A stretch of 64,000 bases of DNA from Ramazzottius varieornatus (GCA_001949185.1 BDGG01000002.1:4392448-4456447); one strand, 5' to 3'. Numbered from the stretch's first letter, positions 12,201 to 24,436 are shown. Numbers and translations: made by a program. The notes: generated by a model not told the origin, from the sequence alone.

Positions 12201-15200
12201 AATCCGGCTGTGGGAATCTCCGTCTCGTCTTCCGACTTGGCCTCTCCACTATCCAAAGTTAGTGGCTTGTTGGATGTCTCCGGGTTGCTGCTCAGTGTGA
12301 ACTTCTCGAGATCGAGCGGTTCTTCGAAGTAGGACTCGTCCAGATGTTTCTCGGAAGGCAGCAGGGGGTACTTTGGCTTGTTCTTCTCATATTTCAGGTA
12401 AGCGTAGAAGTCAATCTCGTCGGGATACTTTCGAAAGCGTACGCCTCGCTCATTGCCTGAAACCATCAAACAATCATCGAAGAAGGACCAGATAATACCG
12501 TAATGTTACAGGCATATACCATAGTGTTTCTTCTCCAAGTCTCGTACGGCATTGACAACTCCCGTCATGCCAGAAGCCCACGAGACGGCAGCCGAGAACT
12601 GTTGATCAAGCGCTTTCGTCGCCATCCTGTACTCGGCATCCTTCCTGTTCTGCTTCGACCACTCTACCAGAGTCTTCAGCAGGGATACCATTCGTCTGAT
12701 GTGCGGGAAGAGGATCTGACGGAACGACCTCGCCATTATTACTTTCTGCAAGAAGAAGGTTTTAGTGAACGCGTACATAAGGATGTTGGTCGGGAATTGT
12801 GCAAAACTTACGTCCGGGTCCGTGATGTCCTTCATGGCGCGTTCCACCAGCGCCAGAGCGTGTTGAAAACCGGGCATGCGGTTGTGACCGGCCATCAGCG
12901 CAGCTTCTTCGGGACTGGTGAACAGGTAGGACTCGATCTGGGCTTTCATAATACACAGGACGACCTCCTTCTCATCGGGATAGAGTTCGTTCATGTGAGG
13001 AATCCACATGTCGAAGATACCGAAGGGATACGCATGGTAGCTGCTGTCGTCGTCGAGTCTCCACCACGGATCAGTGTGTCTTAGCAAGGAGACAGACTGA
13101 GCAATCGAAGACTACACTATGAACGCTGTCTGGCAGACAAGAATACCGTACCTGACATCTCCGGTGAATTTGTTATAGATGGTCTTCTCAAAAGTTTCTT
13201 TCATGTCTGCCACAGATTCGAGACTCTTGATTTTCCAGTCGGTGATCCATATGATGTTGTCCTCGAACTCTTTACGGATATTCTTGTCTTCCAGCTGCGA
13301 AATTTTCACTCTGATTTAACTGACCTTATCATCTAAATTAAGTCGACACTTGTTTTCCGAAAGTGGCGCACATTACCAGTGTGATTGGCTGAAGACGTGC
13401 GCCACCTCGAGAAATGATCAGTTTTACAATACAGTTTTCACGCTTACCCGACGTCTTTGGTTGACGTAGAACTTGGTGATGGCCCATCCTTCCCTGGCTT
13501 CGTTCCACAGTTGCTGTTTGGCCGGATTGTCATCCTCAACGGCTCCCCAGGCTTGAGTTTGTTCATCGGCTTCCGCGAACAGGTCGTAGATAATGCCCTC
13601 CGTGGAAGTGAACGGCTTCATTTCCCGTAATCTGTCGGCTTTCTGGAGCAGCAGTTGTACGTCCCCGATCAAGCCGAAAGGAGAACTTTCTTCCGTGTAC
13701 AGTTCTTCATCCGGTACTAAGTCGGTCGGCAAGGCTTCCTGCGCTGTCGGCCCATTCATCTCAGCGTCCATCCGGTGCTCAGCATGTACAACCCTGTTGC
13801 CATCTTTTCCGTAGACCAGTTCTGCGGAAGCGTTCCTTACCTGCTTTAGGAGCAGTGACGTCACACTGTACATGATGGCCGTGAATCCTTCGTCCGTATC
13901 TTCGTCCTAGAAAACCATAGCCGAATATAAACAGTGAAATATTATATTGCATTTTGTTCTCATTTAATGTTTGACATTCGAAGATTTAGTTTCCCTGTCT
14001 CGGGGCCTCGGCGAGCAGGCCTGACAAGATTATTATCTCAAGTGGCGCGCGTTCTCAGTGTTACTGGCTGGTAGCGTGCGTCACTCGGGGAAACCATCTT
14101 ATCGAGCTACAGTAGTTTGTGTGGAAATATAATTATTGTCAGTTGACGGCTATGCAACTTACTTCCAGCATTTTTAGAACTTTCTGTAAGTTTTCCATAA
14201 CTCGAAGCAACGCAGCTGCTTTCTCGTTGCCCTCCAGCTTCATGGCGTTCTGAATGTAAGCGTGCGACTTGAAGACAGTTTCCACTGCGACCTCCTCGTC
14301 CAGTGTCAGCCTTCCACGGGCTTTCACTGCCTCCCTCGCTTCCCGCAGTTCCTCAAGCACATGCTCGTCTCCACCGAACTTATCATCCTCCGAGTCGACC
14401 TTCAAGACGCTTCCGTCTCCGAAGCTACTAGAAGACACTGTCGTCTGATATGGATTCGGCGATACATCTACAGAAAAGGACTCCACTGCTAACCGTTTCG
14501 GCGTCTGGACTACCGGGACCTTCGGGTCTGGTTCAGTGCCTCCTATCCAGCCTTCCGTTTGCTCGACCGAGATTTCAATCTCCTCGGACGACGAAGAAAT
14601 CACGTCAAAGCCTAGTAAAGCCTTGTCGTTGGAGTTCACGACTTGTTCTAAGCTCAGTGCGTCCTTTGATGACGTAGAGCCGATTGGGTTACAGACGATT
14701 TGCCCAACCATCGGTTTGTCTTTGCGGAAGTAACTGATATCGCACAGCCGTTTGGAATAGACGATCACTTCGTATGCGCAGGACTCGGGCTCGCGAACGG
14801 ACTCAATGTAGTCTGAGCCCCAGTTGTTGGAGTCACAGTATATCTTCACGTCTGCGCGACGATGTTTGCCGTTTATGTCACATTCGGAACCGTTTTCGTA
14901 ATATTGGGTGTGATGGCGATCTTTCTTGCTCCAGGCGGTCTACGAAAACATGATATACTTGAATGCTCTGATAAATAACACCAACCTAACTAAATGCCAT
15001 CCTTTGCCTATACTGTCTCGCCGACTAACCTTTCGGGACACATTTGACCAGTCAAATGCATGAGAGAACTGGCCAAGGATGATGACGGGTTGGACGACCT
15101 CGCCTTTCTCCGTGTGGTACTGGGTGACGTGCTTTCCGAAGCAAAATTCGTAGTGCCACCAACCGGAAGTGACCTAAGAAACAACATTGAGAGTGGCTGC

Positions 15201-15726
15201 TTGAGAAGTAAGGTATCAAAAAAACGGACTGCTCGAGCCAGAAATCGACTTACAAGGTTGACGCAGTTTCGGTCATCAGTTCTGCCAGTAGCAGGCTTGA
15301 GAGCATTTTCGATAAGCGTGGTGTTGAGGTCGTTCAGCTTGTCTTTCTCGTCCACCGGAACTTGTCTATCAGGAACGAGACACCGGAATGGCTTGCCTTT
15401 CTTGTTGTACATGATAACGCTAGAATGCTTCCCCTTAACGTTACCAGCTTCCGTTGGTGTGTCGACCTGCAAGGACGCAAACGTATCAAATGTAACTCGG
15501 ATGGGTGACAGCAATAAACAGTTGAACAAAGGAGAAAGCCACTCGAACTACACTTGCGACTTACCGAAGCGACATCGGCCTGCACTTTTTCTCTCTCGAT
15601 CACCACTTTATACAAGCCTTTATCATCGAAGGATCCACTATTTGCGTCAGCGTGCAAGACAATAAAGAAGACAACAAAACACGTCAGGAGGATCATGCTG
15701 CGAGTCCGATGGAGGTGATCCTCCAT
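6220..15726 (-). CDS. OS9: OS-9-like ER lectin (MRH domain) with large internal repeat expansion; 18 exons, ~2,020 aa
   Basis: Signal peptide (MILLTCFVVFFIV), GKPFRCLVP, GWWHYEFCFGKHVTQYH, HTQYYENGSECDINGKHRRADVKIYC, IESVREPESCAYEVIV (MRH domain). The last exon QQQESNY resembles the OS-9 C-terminal ..ELESNY. Exons read: 15726-15565, 15466-15254, 15173-15030, 14939-14163, 13906-13448, 13294-13152, 13079-12812, 12745-12520, 12456-12032, 11390-10863, 10653-10012, 9937-9482, 9408-9263, 9207-8934, 7892-7670, 7479-7037, 6958-6745, 6551-6220. All introns are GT-AG and phase-consistent. Confidence 0.8.
6614..6693. repeat. Intronic palindromic ~80-bp element, copy 1 (degenerate)
   Basis: tgaacatgatcg..aaagtggcgcac ... 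atgtgcc..cgacatgttca, in the last OS-9 intron. Confidence 0.6.
10713..10795. repeat. Intronic palindromic element, copy 2
   Basis: tgagccagatcactttcccaaatggcgcaca ... tgtgtgccac..tgatttggttca. Confidence 0.7.
11485..11568. repeat. Intronic palindromic element, copy 3
   Basis: gaccagatcgttttcccaagtggcgc ... gcgccacctgagaaacgaccttatc. Confidence 0.75.
11649..11966. mobile_element. MITE (~320 bp) with ~55-bp terminal inverted repeats and TA target duplication, inside an OS-9 intron
   Basis: Left TA|CGAGGGAAAGGTTGTTAAGTTAGCCGCCCCATACCGGGTTTGTAAAGTTAGCC. The right end reverse-complements to TA|CGAGGTAAAGGTTGTAAACTTAGCCACCCTATACCAAGTTTGTAAAGTTAGCC. Confidence 0.85.
13349..13420. repeat. Intronic palindromic element, copy 4
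   Basis: tgttttccgaaagtggcgcac..gattggctgaagacgtgcgccacctcgagaaatgatc. Confidence 0.75.
14023..14103. repeat. Intronic palindromic element, copy 5
   Basis: gacaagattattatctcaagtggcgcgcg ... gcgtgcgtcactcggggaaaccatcttatc. Confidence 0.75.
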
Positions 15727-16343
15727 GGTTCCCCTTCCAGCGCCCATCAGGCTCGCCGCCGCGGCTTGATGCAAGTAGTTAAACCTATCACTTAGACTTT
15801 GTGGTCTATATCACGCTGCTGATATGCTCCGACTGTCTGAGAAGAAGTTCAAGAGACAAGAATCCAGAAATGATTCGCGGGGCGGCACCCTAACGGGTAC
15901 TGTTGCCGCCGAGGGAGGCTAACAGGGAAGAAAACGGGAACTGGGATGATGGCAGCGCGTATCCCAAATTCCCAACCATTGAATTACTCCGTGTGAATCA
16001 GATTGCAATGCTATACTGTATTACCTCCGATAATTTATTCACGTCACTGATACGTTTTCTACAAAAACACACATGTTGAGTTTGCGATAGCTGACTTGCC
16101 GAAGAGGCTATGACGTCATGGAGTCAATCAAGAAGGTGAATCAATCGCGCAAAGCTGTAGCGACTCATGTCCGGTACTAAGTTAGTACTAGTGAATCAGC
16201 TGATCAGTCAAAGGCTTCTATCACAAACTGGACCATAGCACTTCCGGCGGTTTTCTGATGTGTTTACTCTCCCCAATTTACGCTTATTAGGGCACCTTTC
16301 CCGTTGTCCTACTGCTTTAGTTCTTGTATCTGTTACTGTTGAA

Positions 16344-17794
16344 ATGGGGAAGCTGAAGAATCGTCCAGCTAATCAGAACCAGCGACGGAAGCCGGCTTTA
16401 TTGGAAAGTACCGTACTGGAAAAACGAGCTCAGATCATCCACTCGATGGATCACGGTGTAAGTTGCTCACTACAAAATATCAGCTTCGTGTCAACAAGCA
16501 AGTTCTGTTCTTATTTCAGGCTAAAGCTGGCGATCTGGCGAATCATTTCGATATGACAGAGAGCGGAATACGGTTGATCTACGAAAAGACCAGCGCTGTC
16601 ACTGCAGCTCTCAAAACTGGTGGTAGTGCCGTGAGGAAACGGAAGAGAACCATCGTGAAATTACAGTTTCCTGAGATCGAAGAGGGATGTTTGAAGTTCC
16701 TGAAGTGGGCCCGAAGCAAGCGCATACCTATCCGTCCTGTTTTCTACCGAAACACTGCCACTTTCATTGCCTCTTCCCTGAGAATTGCCAGCTTCGAGTG
16801 CACCAACGGATGGTACGAGAAGTTCACCAAACGAAACGATATAAACCTGAAATGGCTTCATGGTAAATCCTCCAAGAAATTAAATAAATTATCGAAGCAA
16901 CTGGTCGTTCAAAGATTAGCCACTTTTACAAACTCATTCATATTTTCAGGCGAGGAATCCAGTACGGACTTGGTCGCTCTTGAAAAGTGGTTTCGGGATG
17001 ATCTGCCGAAGATACTTTTCAACATCGACACGAAAAACCTTCCCAATGCGGATGAGACTGGACTGTGGTGGCGAAATGTGGGGATTTGGTCGTTGGTCAT
17101 TGGTAGGAAGCAAGAAACTAATATGAAGGTCGCAAAAGATAGAATCACTATCTTCCCTCTATGCTCTGCCGGTGGCGAAAAGTTTGCCCTATGTGTGATC
17201 GGTACCGCCGAACGACGTCGAGCCTTTCAGAAGAATGCCGTACATGGTATTACGGTCGGCGAGTACGGGTTTTCATACTATTTTAACAGTACCGCCTGGA
17301 TGACCACGGCCATATTCAACTCCTGGCTGGACTGGCTTAATGGCGAGATGGTCAAGCAAAACCGTGTCGTTCTTCTGATTGTGGATAACTTCATTGCCCA
17401 TAATGTTTCTTCCCGATCAAACGTCATGCTTCACTTCTTTCCACTAAATTGTACCGCACGAGCTCAGCCATTGGACGCCGGTATCATCAAGACCTTCAAA
17501 GATAGTTTTAAACATCATCTTTTCCAGCTTGTCTTTGAAAGAATTCCCATTGTAAACGGAGTCGAAGATGTTGTGAAGAGGCTGACGATATTCGATGCAG
17601 TAGACTGGTCGATCGAAGCCTGGATAGATGTTAAACCCTCCATAGTCGTGAACTGTTTTCACAAATGTAAGGTTGCAAGTGTGAAGTGGCAAGACGCTCA
17701 TTCGGAAGTTCCTACAGATGTTCCGAGTACACATTCTTCTGCCGCTCTGTTAGTTGTGCAGAATCCGGTTAGTTTTGATGATGACTCGGTCTAA
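16344..17794 (+). CDS. Tigger/pogo-family (CENP-B HTH + DDE_1) transposase, apparently intact, with two spliceosomal introns (16458-16519, 16863-16949)
   Basis: FPEIEEGCLKFLKWARSKRIPI, FECTNGWYEKFTKRNDI, LHG|EE after splicing, NADETGLWW, KDRITI, AWMTTAIF, LLIVDNFIAH, QPLDAGIIK (DD29D by my count). Confidence 0.85.
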
Positions 17795-18337
17795 TATGTC
17801 GAACTTCTCGTAGTTCTACCTCTTGTCTGAGTCTCCAGCTTCTTATGATATATGTCTCCGTACGATAAAAGAACTGAAATGACGTACCCCATTGACGTAG
17901 AAGAGATTTCGGCTTGATTTCACTGGGAAAAGTTCAGCAGAGGGGTTCAAACAGAAAGTTACGAACAAAACCAGCTCCGCAACGACAGCTCGTGCCCAAA
18001 AATCCCATGTTAGACCACTTGAAGTGGTTTGACATGGGATAACATGGGGTATCAAGTCGCATGCAAGGTTTTGCGAGAGCTCCGCCCAAGAGGCTGGCCT
18101 TCCAGCGGAGCTTTAGCATGAATCATAGAACGCTTGAGTCATCGTAGAAAGCTGTTCAGGCATTCTAAAACCCTTAGATTGGGGAAACAATGGCAAGCCT
18201 GAGCTTATGGCGGAAAGATCAAAGGATAGGAAGCAATGTTCATTCACATCTGACGTAATAAAAAGCCCAGACCGGTTACCACGCCCATTGACCAATAGAC
18301 AGAAAGGACGGGCCAATAAACCAGCTGCGACTGGGCG

Positions 18338-18522
18338 GTCAACCTATCAATGCCAATGGCTAGTATCGGTGGTCAAACATATCAAAACCAATGCCGACGC
18401 TTAGTGCTCAACCTAGAAAGACTAATTGTCAACCACTAGCGGTCAAGACAGCAAGACCAACGGCTAGCCACTAGTGGTTAATCCACCAAGATCAATGGTT
18501 AACCACCAGTGGTTAATCAACC
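18338..18522. repeat. Degenerate minisatellite, unit ~34-35 bp, ~5-6 copies
   Basis: Units resemble ggtcaagacagcaagaccaacggctagccactagt and ggttaatccaccaagatcaatggttaaccaccagt. Confidence 0.65.
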
Positions 18523-19914
18523 TACCCCCACCCTGGCGATTTTACCATTACACGATCATCTACTTTCCTACCTAGTTAACCAGCCGAGTCGCTGCCGATC
18601 GCGCAGCAGGCAGCACGAGTTACATCATACATTGTCGGTGGTACCATTGTCCGACCGGCAGGGTCCTGAGGTTAACCAATTCTTTGCTAATCAACTAGTT
18701 GTTTCCACCAGTTGATTCGTACGAATTTGATTGATTAGACACCAAGTCATGGTTCAGCAAACATTGAAAAAAACTGGAAAAACCATAACAAAATCGGGTA
18801 ATCATCTTGAAAGAAGGATCGTGCTGTAAGGAGCTCGAGTTTGTGATGAGTTTGCGATTCAGAGTCCCTTCAGGCATACTGGTAAGCTCCGCGAGCATTA
18901 CGTAATAGCCGCACTTTCGTTCAGGGGCAACAAAAACAGATGAACAGCACTTCGTTCATCCGTTCACCTGTTCAGCACACTTACGACGTCACCGAGCCTG
19001 CCACTTGATCTGGAACGGTGCTGATCACTGACGAGCTGCTGAACCTAGTGCTGCACAAACTAAAAGTAGTGCCCATCAACTAATCATCTCTGGCAGCAAT
19101 CAATCAAATCAAATGGGCAACACGATGTTCGGCAGCTCGTCACTGGTGTTAATCTGACAAATCGCAAGGCGCCCTACCAACTTCGACTTGATTGCTTGTC
19201 ACAACTGAGATGAAAGCACTGATGTGCTGTCATCTCAAAACCACACTTCGGTTGATCGACTGCACCTGTTAGCTCAGTCAGAGTGAGTCCAGTATCAAGG
19301 TTCTGTCAATCAACTGCTAAATAATCATAGCTTTCATCGAACACAGCTACAAGGCTGTGCCGCACCTGAGATCTCCAAAGTTTTGATTGCTTGATACGGT
19401 CCGATGTGGCATTGCATCATACTTCAGCTGTTTCCTGTGATTCTCCTACCATCATCCGGTTATCTTCCCTGTTTCTTCACTGTTACTCCTGTTGGGTTGG
19501 ATAACGGTGAGTCGCTGACCATCCACATCGTCGCCATTAGGTTGGTAGCGGATCGTTGGACTGACCGGACCACTTCTGTTTCAAGTTGGCTGTCGATGCC
19601 ACACGACTTTCGCTGCTGTCGTCTACTGTCAGCTGATGATCTCCTTCGCGACTTCATCTGTCTCCTGCAGTGTTGTTCCGATGCAGTGTATTTTAATGCA
19701 TAATGCAGAGTTCAATTCTGATATGGCCCGCTGTGGCCATAGACTTAGCATGAGCGACCGGATTCGGATTTGTTCCGCTGTCGTATCGGAACAACACTGG
19801 TCTCCTGAACCTCTCTCAAACTTCTCAAATCTCTCCTCTACCCCCTGATCCACCTTTCTGTTTGTTTCCTGCAGTGCAGGTATGTGACTGCTGAGCGGAG
19901 TGATCCGCCGACAG

Positions 19915-20354
19915 TAGAGCACTGGGCCGCAGGTTCAAAATTACGCAGCAACTGTGCTGCGCACGCTACTAGATCGCTGTACGCTGCGCTGTGCTGTACA
20001 ACTTTTATGCCCTTTGGCTAGGCAGCTGCGCTGCAGATGCACATGGACTTGTTGCAACTGCGCTGCACGCTGATGTACTGACTTATGTTATAGTATTGTC
20101 GGCAAAATAGCTAGTCCACCGGGAAAACGTGGCCATACGGCAAAACTCAGATGCCTGAAACTCGAATCCCCAAAAGTACCAGCTTTTGTTAAGTTTTGGT
20201 CCGTGGATCTGCGCGGCAGTCTTAGGCTTCCTGCTGCATGCTGTGCTGTGCTGTGCTGTGCTGTGCTGCACAAATTTCGTCGATTTCCGTACTGCAGCTG
20301 TGCTGCAGCACAGCTACAGTGCAGTACAGTGCACGCGGCCAGATTCCGTGCTCT
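19915..20354. mobile_element. MITE-like element with short inverted ends and internal (TGCTG)n repeats
   Basis: Left tagagcactgggccgc; right gcggccagattccgtgctcta (reverse complement tagagcacggaatctggccgc). (tgctg)6 at ~20238-20268 and cagca/tgctg-rich subtermini. Confidence 0.65.
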
Positions 20355-21676
20355 AGCCGACAGTCTCGGTGTGCATGCGCGCGTCTCTGCTAATTTTGCG
20401 TATGGTGGTGCAAGAGAGTTCTGGGTTTTTACTACGGGCGCGACACGAAACTACATTCATTTTCACAGACAGGCTCCTCTAGGGAGCGTGTCGATTGCTG
20501 TGCACTGGTGTCTGTGCGGTGTATGTATGTGAGTGACGCGCTGATACTAAAAGCCTGGGCTCTCATCGACCGCGATACAACTTGGGGAACAGACGCCGTA
20601 GCCATGCATAATCTCTTGTCAAACAGTTTTAACAAATTTAAAATTAGCCTGATCGACGTGTTTTCATCGTTAGGTAGAAGCGAAAATGGAGGTCGCGTCT
20701 CTTAGTTGATACACTGTTTGTGTTTTGCAATTCATTTTTTGTAAATTTCGACGTCATCCAATCCGATGGACGTGTCGATGTCTCCGGGCTCTCGTCCAAT
20801 TAGCGTTCAGACCGTTGCTCGAGGTTTTCATTATTATTTTTGTATTAACCTTGACCACAATTATGAACCCACTCTGGCACACTATTTGAGAAAGAACTTC
20901 CACCGGGATTCGATGCCAAGGTTTTCCTACATACGAGACATGGCTCCGAGAAATTTATGGCCTACCATTTTAATTTTGCGTTTTGGCTTGCCGTGCTCTG
21001 ACACACGCACGCTTCTACAGCACATCAGTGGATGAAACTAATGAAACCAACCGTGTGTCTTTTCCTGACTCCAGAGTAGCCTACCTGTTTTCTCGCATGA
21101 TTCGTGAACAATTAAAGATGCAGCAACAGGTACACCGTGCTCCGATTACGTTGGTATGAGAGGATGATCTGAGGATCGAGATTAAGCCGGGATACTGGGT
21201 TTGGAGCCGGAGGCTAGCGATTTCGCTGTACCACTCGATTCCCCGGACCACGGTGCGTGGCTGGGCAGTACAACGGTAAACACTCGGGCTTAATGGAAGC
21301 CTCCTTATTCTGTAGGACCTTAAGCGCTGTTGGATGTATTGGGATGTTCTGGACTGTAAGTACGTTATAAGAGAAAAAGTTTCCGAGAGATTTCAAAAAG
21401 ACTCGGCGAATACAGTACTCAGTACTTGGACTCCTGGAGCGACAGTGTGGCTGACAAATTTAACTTGTAAGTGGTGAAACTCAGTTTTCCTTCCGGCAAC
21501 AAAGACAGCCGGAACCGGGACCAGACAGACTGATTCTGGCTAGACTGATTTTGAATGAAGGTACTACGGATGAAAATTGACGTTAATTTAGACAGAGTCG
21601 AAGTGTTCGGTTTCCGGCATACGAGTACGACTTCAAAGTACCGCCCAAAAGCTTGTCCACTGCTAACTTCAATACC

Positions 21677-22292
21677 ACTGGCAAAAATACGATAAAGTTC
21701 GATACGATATTTTACGATACAATATCGACCGATATTTTATTGCGGACTTTGAAATTCATTCGATATAGATATTTCGATACGATATATTTCTGATACCGTA
21801 TTTTCGATGTATCGTATCATATCGCAGCGATATATCGATATTTCTGGGTCTTAGTTTTTCGGAATTTCACTGGTTCAAGCCCAAAATTTCAAGAAGCCGA
21901 TTTCCACATAAAGTACTAGCAAGATCGAAAGCGTCGGATACAGCAACTAGCAGCAACGTAACTACACCATAACGCCAAACACATGGAAACCTGGACAGAA
22001 TTAGCACCAGAACCGAATGGGCGGAGTGTGCTCGGCACACCATGGCCAAAATCAAGTCTTTGAAATCAACCATGGACTTCTGTAAACGAGATATCACTGG
22101 CGAGTTTGCCATTCCGCGAAATACCGTTATATCGATAATAAATCGATATGGCGCGATACGATATCGCCGAATATTTTATTGCGTTGTTCGACATAGGCTT
22201 CCTATCGATATTTTCGATACAATATCTATCGCATATTTTATCGCAGATTCGATATATTTCGATACGATATCGGTATACCGTATTGTTGCCAG
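21677..22292. mobile_element. MITE with CGATA/TATCG-rich subterminal arrays
   Basis: Left actggcaaaaatacg; right cgtattgttgccagc (reverse complement gctggcaacaatacg). Dense cgata/tatcg repeats at 21690-21842 and 22120-22280. Confidence 0.75.
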
Positions 22293-22352
22293 CACTCAAT
22301 TTCAAAGTTCGGCCCAAGACGTTGAGTGAGCTCTACGCAAATAACATAGTCC

Positions 22353-23037
22353 AGAGGTTGATACGGCACTCGAGCAGAGAAAGAAATCGGATTAGCGTAG
22401 GAATGAGCCAATTGAGCACGTGAGCGGAGCCGAACCGACTGGACCCACTAATGTGCTCGGTGCTTGATTCCCGAGTAAGGCATATAGGCCGTTACTCGAG
22501 TGCGTAAGAAATCCGAGTAACGTTCCAACTAAGCTTTCCTGTGGGTATTTGTTCCCAAAAGATTTTGAAAACCTCAGATTTCCTTTCAAGACGTCCCACC
22601 GAGGTGCTAACTGCCTCTCTAACTGCATCTTTCAGGGTTTAACGCTGGTTATTGATTATTCGTAAAACTGTAGCATCTACAGCACGCTTGACTGTGACTT
22701 TGCCAACCTAGAAAACAACGAAAATCTCACTTTGACTGTGGGTGTAACTGTGGCTTTCGAAAATTCGATGAGACTGCAACTTCAACTGCAACTTTTACCA
22801 TAATTCCGTTGCTGTATCACAACTAGAAACTTCGTGTGATTTGACATCGCACCTTATCAAAAAGCCATCAGTTACGAAAATTGATGGAGGTTTTGCAAAA
22901 CCTTCCGGAGAACCTGCGCTAATCGGCTGGATCGCGTGGCGGGTCTTAACCTCAGCCGATTAGAGTACGGAATGGGAGGGGCCAAAGTCTTACGCTACTC
23001 GGATTTCTTCCGCTGCTCGAGTTCCGTATCAACCTCT
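22353..23037. mobile_element. MITE (~685 bp) with ~50-bp terminal inverted repeats
   Basis: Left agaggttgatacggcactcgagcagagaaagaaatcggattagcgtagg; the right end reverse-complements to agaggttgatacggaactcgagcagcggaagaaatccgagtagcgtaag. Confidence 0.8.
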
Positions 23038-23191
23038 ACTGTAGGGCTACCAAATTTTCGCGCACTTGACCACGTGCGCAGTAAATGATGTCCGACCGGG
23101 AATTATCGACGCTTTACTGCTTCATCAACAATCAATAACAGCCAAAGGGTAAGGACAATTTTACTACTCTGAGAAGTCGAACTCGAATGGA

Positions 23192-24436
23192 TCATCTCCA
23201 GCTGGAACGTAGTCTGCCATAGTTGATCTGCATGTAAGTTGGTTCTGGCAGTATAACAGCCTTCACGAAGGAGCTTTCTATAGTCACAGGAGAAAGCTCT
23301 CCCCATGCTTGAAACACGAAGTTGACGAAATCTTGACGTGAAGGTTTCTTCAGGTATCCTGACTTTGTCAATGCCGTCCGAGTGTCCATCCATTCGTGAT
23401 GGATTCGTCTCATTATGGCTTTAAATGGGCTATTTACCCCAACATCGAGAGGTTGTTTGTCTGCTGTTTTGCCTTTCGGAATCAGCAACTGTTGGAAACC
23501 GCGCTCTTTGAGTAAGTCAACACTATTCTGACTCAAATAGGGTTTGTAGTGATCGCGCAGCAATATCTGGGTTACCTGTATGTCGTTGACGGGAAAAGCT
23601 TCTTCCAGGTATGCCATATCGAAATCATTGGTCCACCACCCTTTCTGGTTAGTCTTTACGACCACATTTCAGGAATGTTCAGCTACTTCATGACGTTGGC
23701 CGAAAGAACACCTGTCTTCTTGAAGCCTTTGAGGACGACCACGGCAGGATATTTCGTCCCGTCAGCGGCAACCATCAGTAACACCTTCACACTCCCTTTA
23801 TCACCCGGAGGCTGTACTATGGGGATTTCATTTGCTCCCTGGAGCGCCAAAGTCTCACGGTAGGGGTTTTGAAGCTTGACGGGGGTCTGATCCATATTCC
23901 AGAAGGATCGATCAATTGGTTGTGAATTTCTCCCAGTTGCGCTTCGTACTTTTTCCTCGCTTTGATATCTACCTGTGTCTTTAGTCTTCCTACCAACCTT
24001 GGTGGTACGGGATCCTGTACGTGATTCCGTTGGCTTTCTTCCATTTCCAGACCCAAGCCTGAGAGACGTTACGTCCCAGGTTCAGCTCTTTCGAGACTTG
24101 GTCAGCGGCCTTCTTGATGTCCGAATCGCGGGCGATTGTTTTCGACTCTATCTTCTTCATTATTCTTTTCCTTACTTCGGCTTTCATATCCAGTACCTGC
24201 TGACTCTTTTTCCGTCCACGCTTGCCTGGTAGCTATTCTCTGTAAAGAGGAAACATCAGGTATCGTCAGGTAAACGCATCAGGTGTTCTTGTACCCACCT
24301 CCAATGACGTATCGTCTATTCAGGTATCTCTGTGAGCTTCGCATATAGCTTCTTCTGAATAATCCACTTTCTTCAAAGTTTCTCAAGACTTCATTTGCGT
24401 ATTTCTCGGGGTAAAAGGTGCGCGGTTTAGCCATGA
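23192..24436 (-). pseudogene. Degenerate pogo transposase (frameshifts and stops)
   Basis: Fragments in different frames: VSQAWVWKWKKANGITYR (CENP-B HTH), MDQTPV..LLMVAADGTKYPAVVVLKG, KGWWT, LLRDHY, LIPKGKTADKQPLDVGVNSPFK. Confidence 0.85.

Noticed and set aside
12503-15665. Long plus-strand ORFs (12503-13084, 15060-15665)
   Set aside because: Antisense shadows of OS-9 exons with no independent motifs.
19404-19922. Overlapping short ORFs on both strands
   Set aside because: No recognisable domain, interrupted by stops, no convincing splice pattern; probably decayed repeat sequence.
18338-22292. Periodic repeats (35-bp units, CGATA arrays) as a CRISPR-like array
   Set aside because: Eukaryotic context, degenerate tandem units without unique spacers, no cas genes; explained as minisatellite and MITE subterminal repeats.
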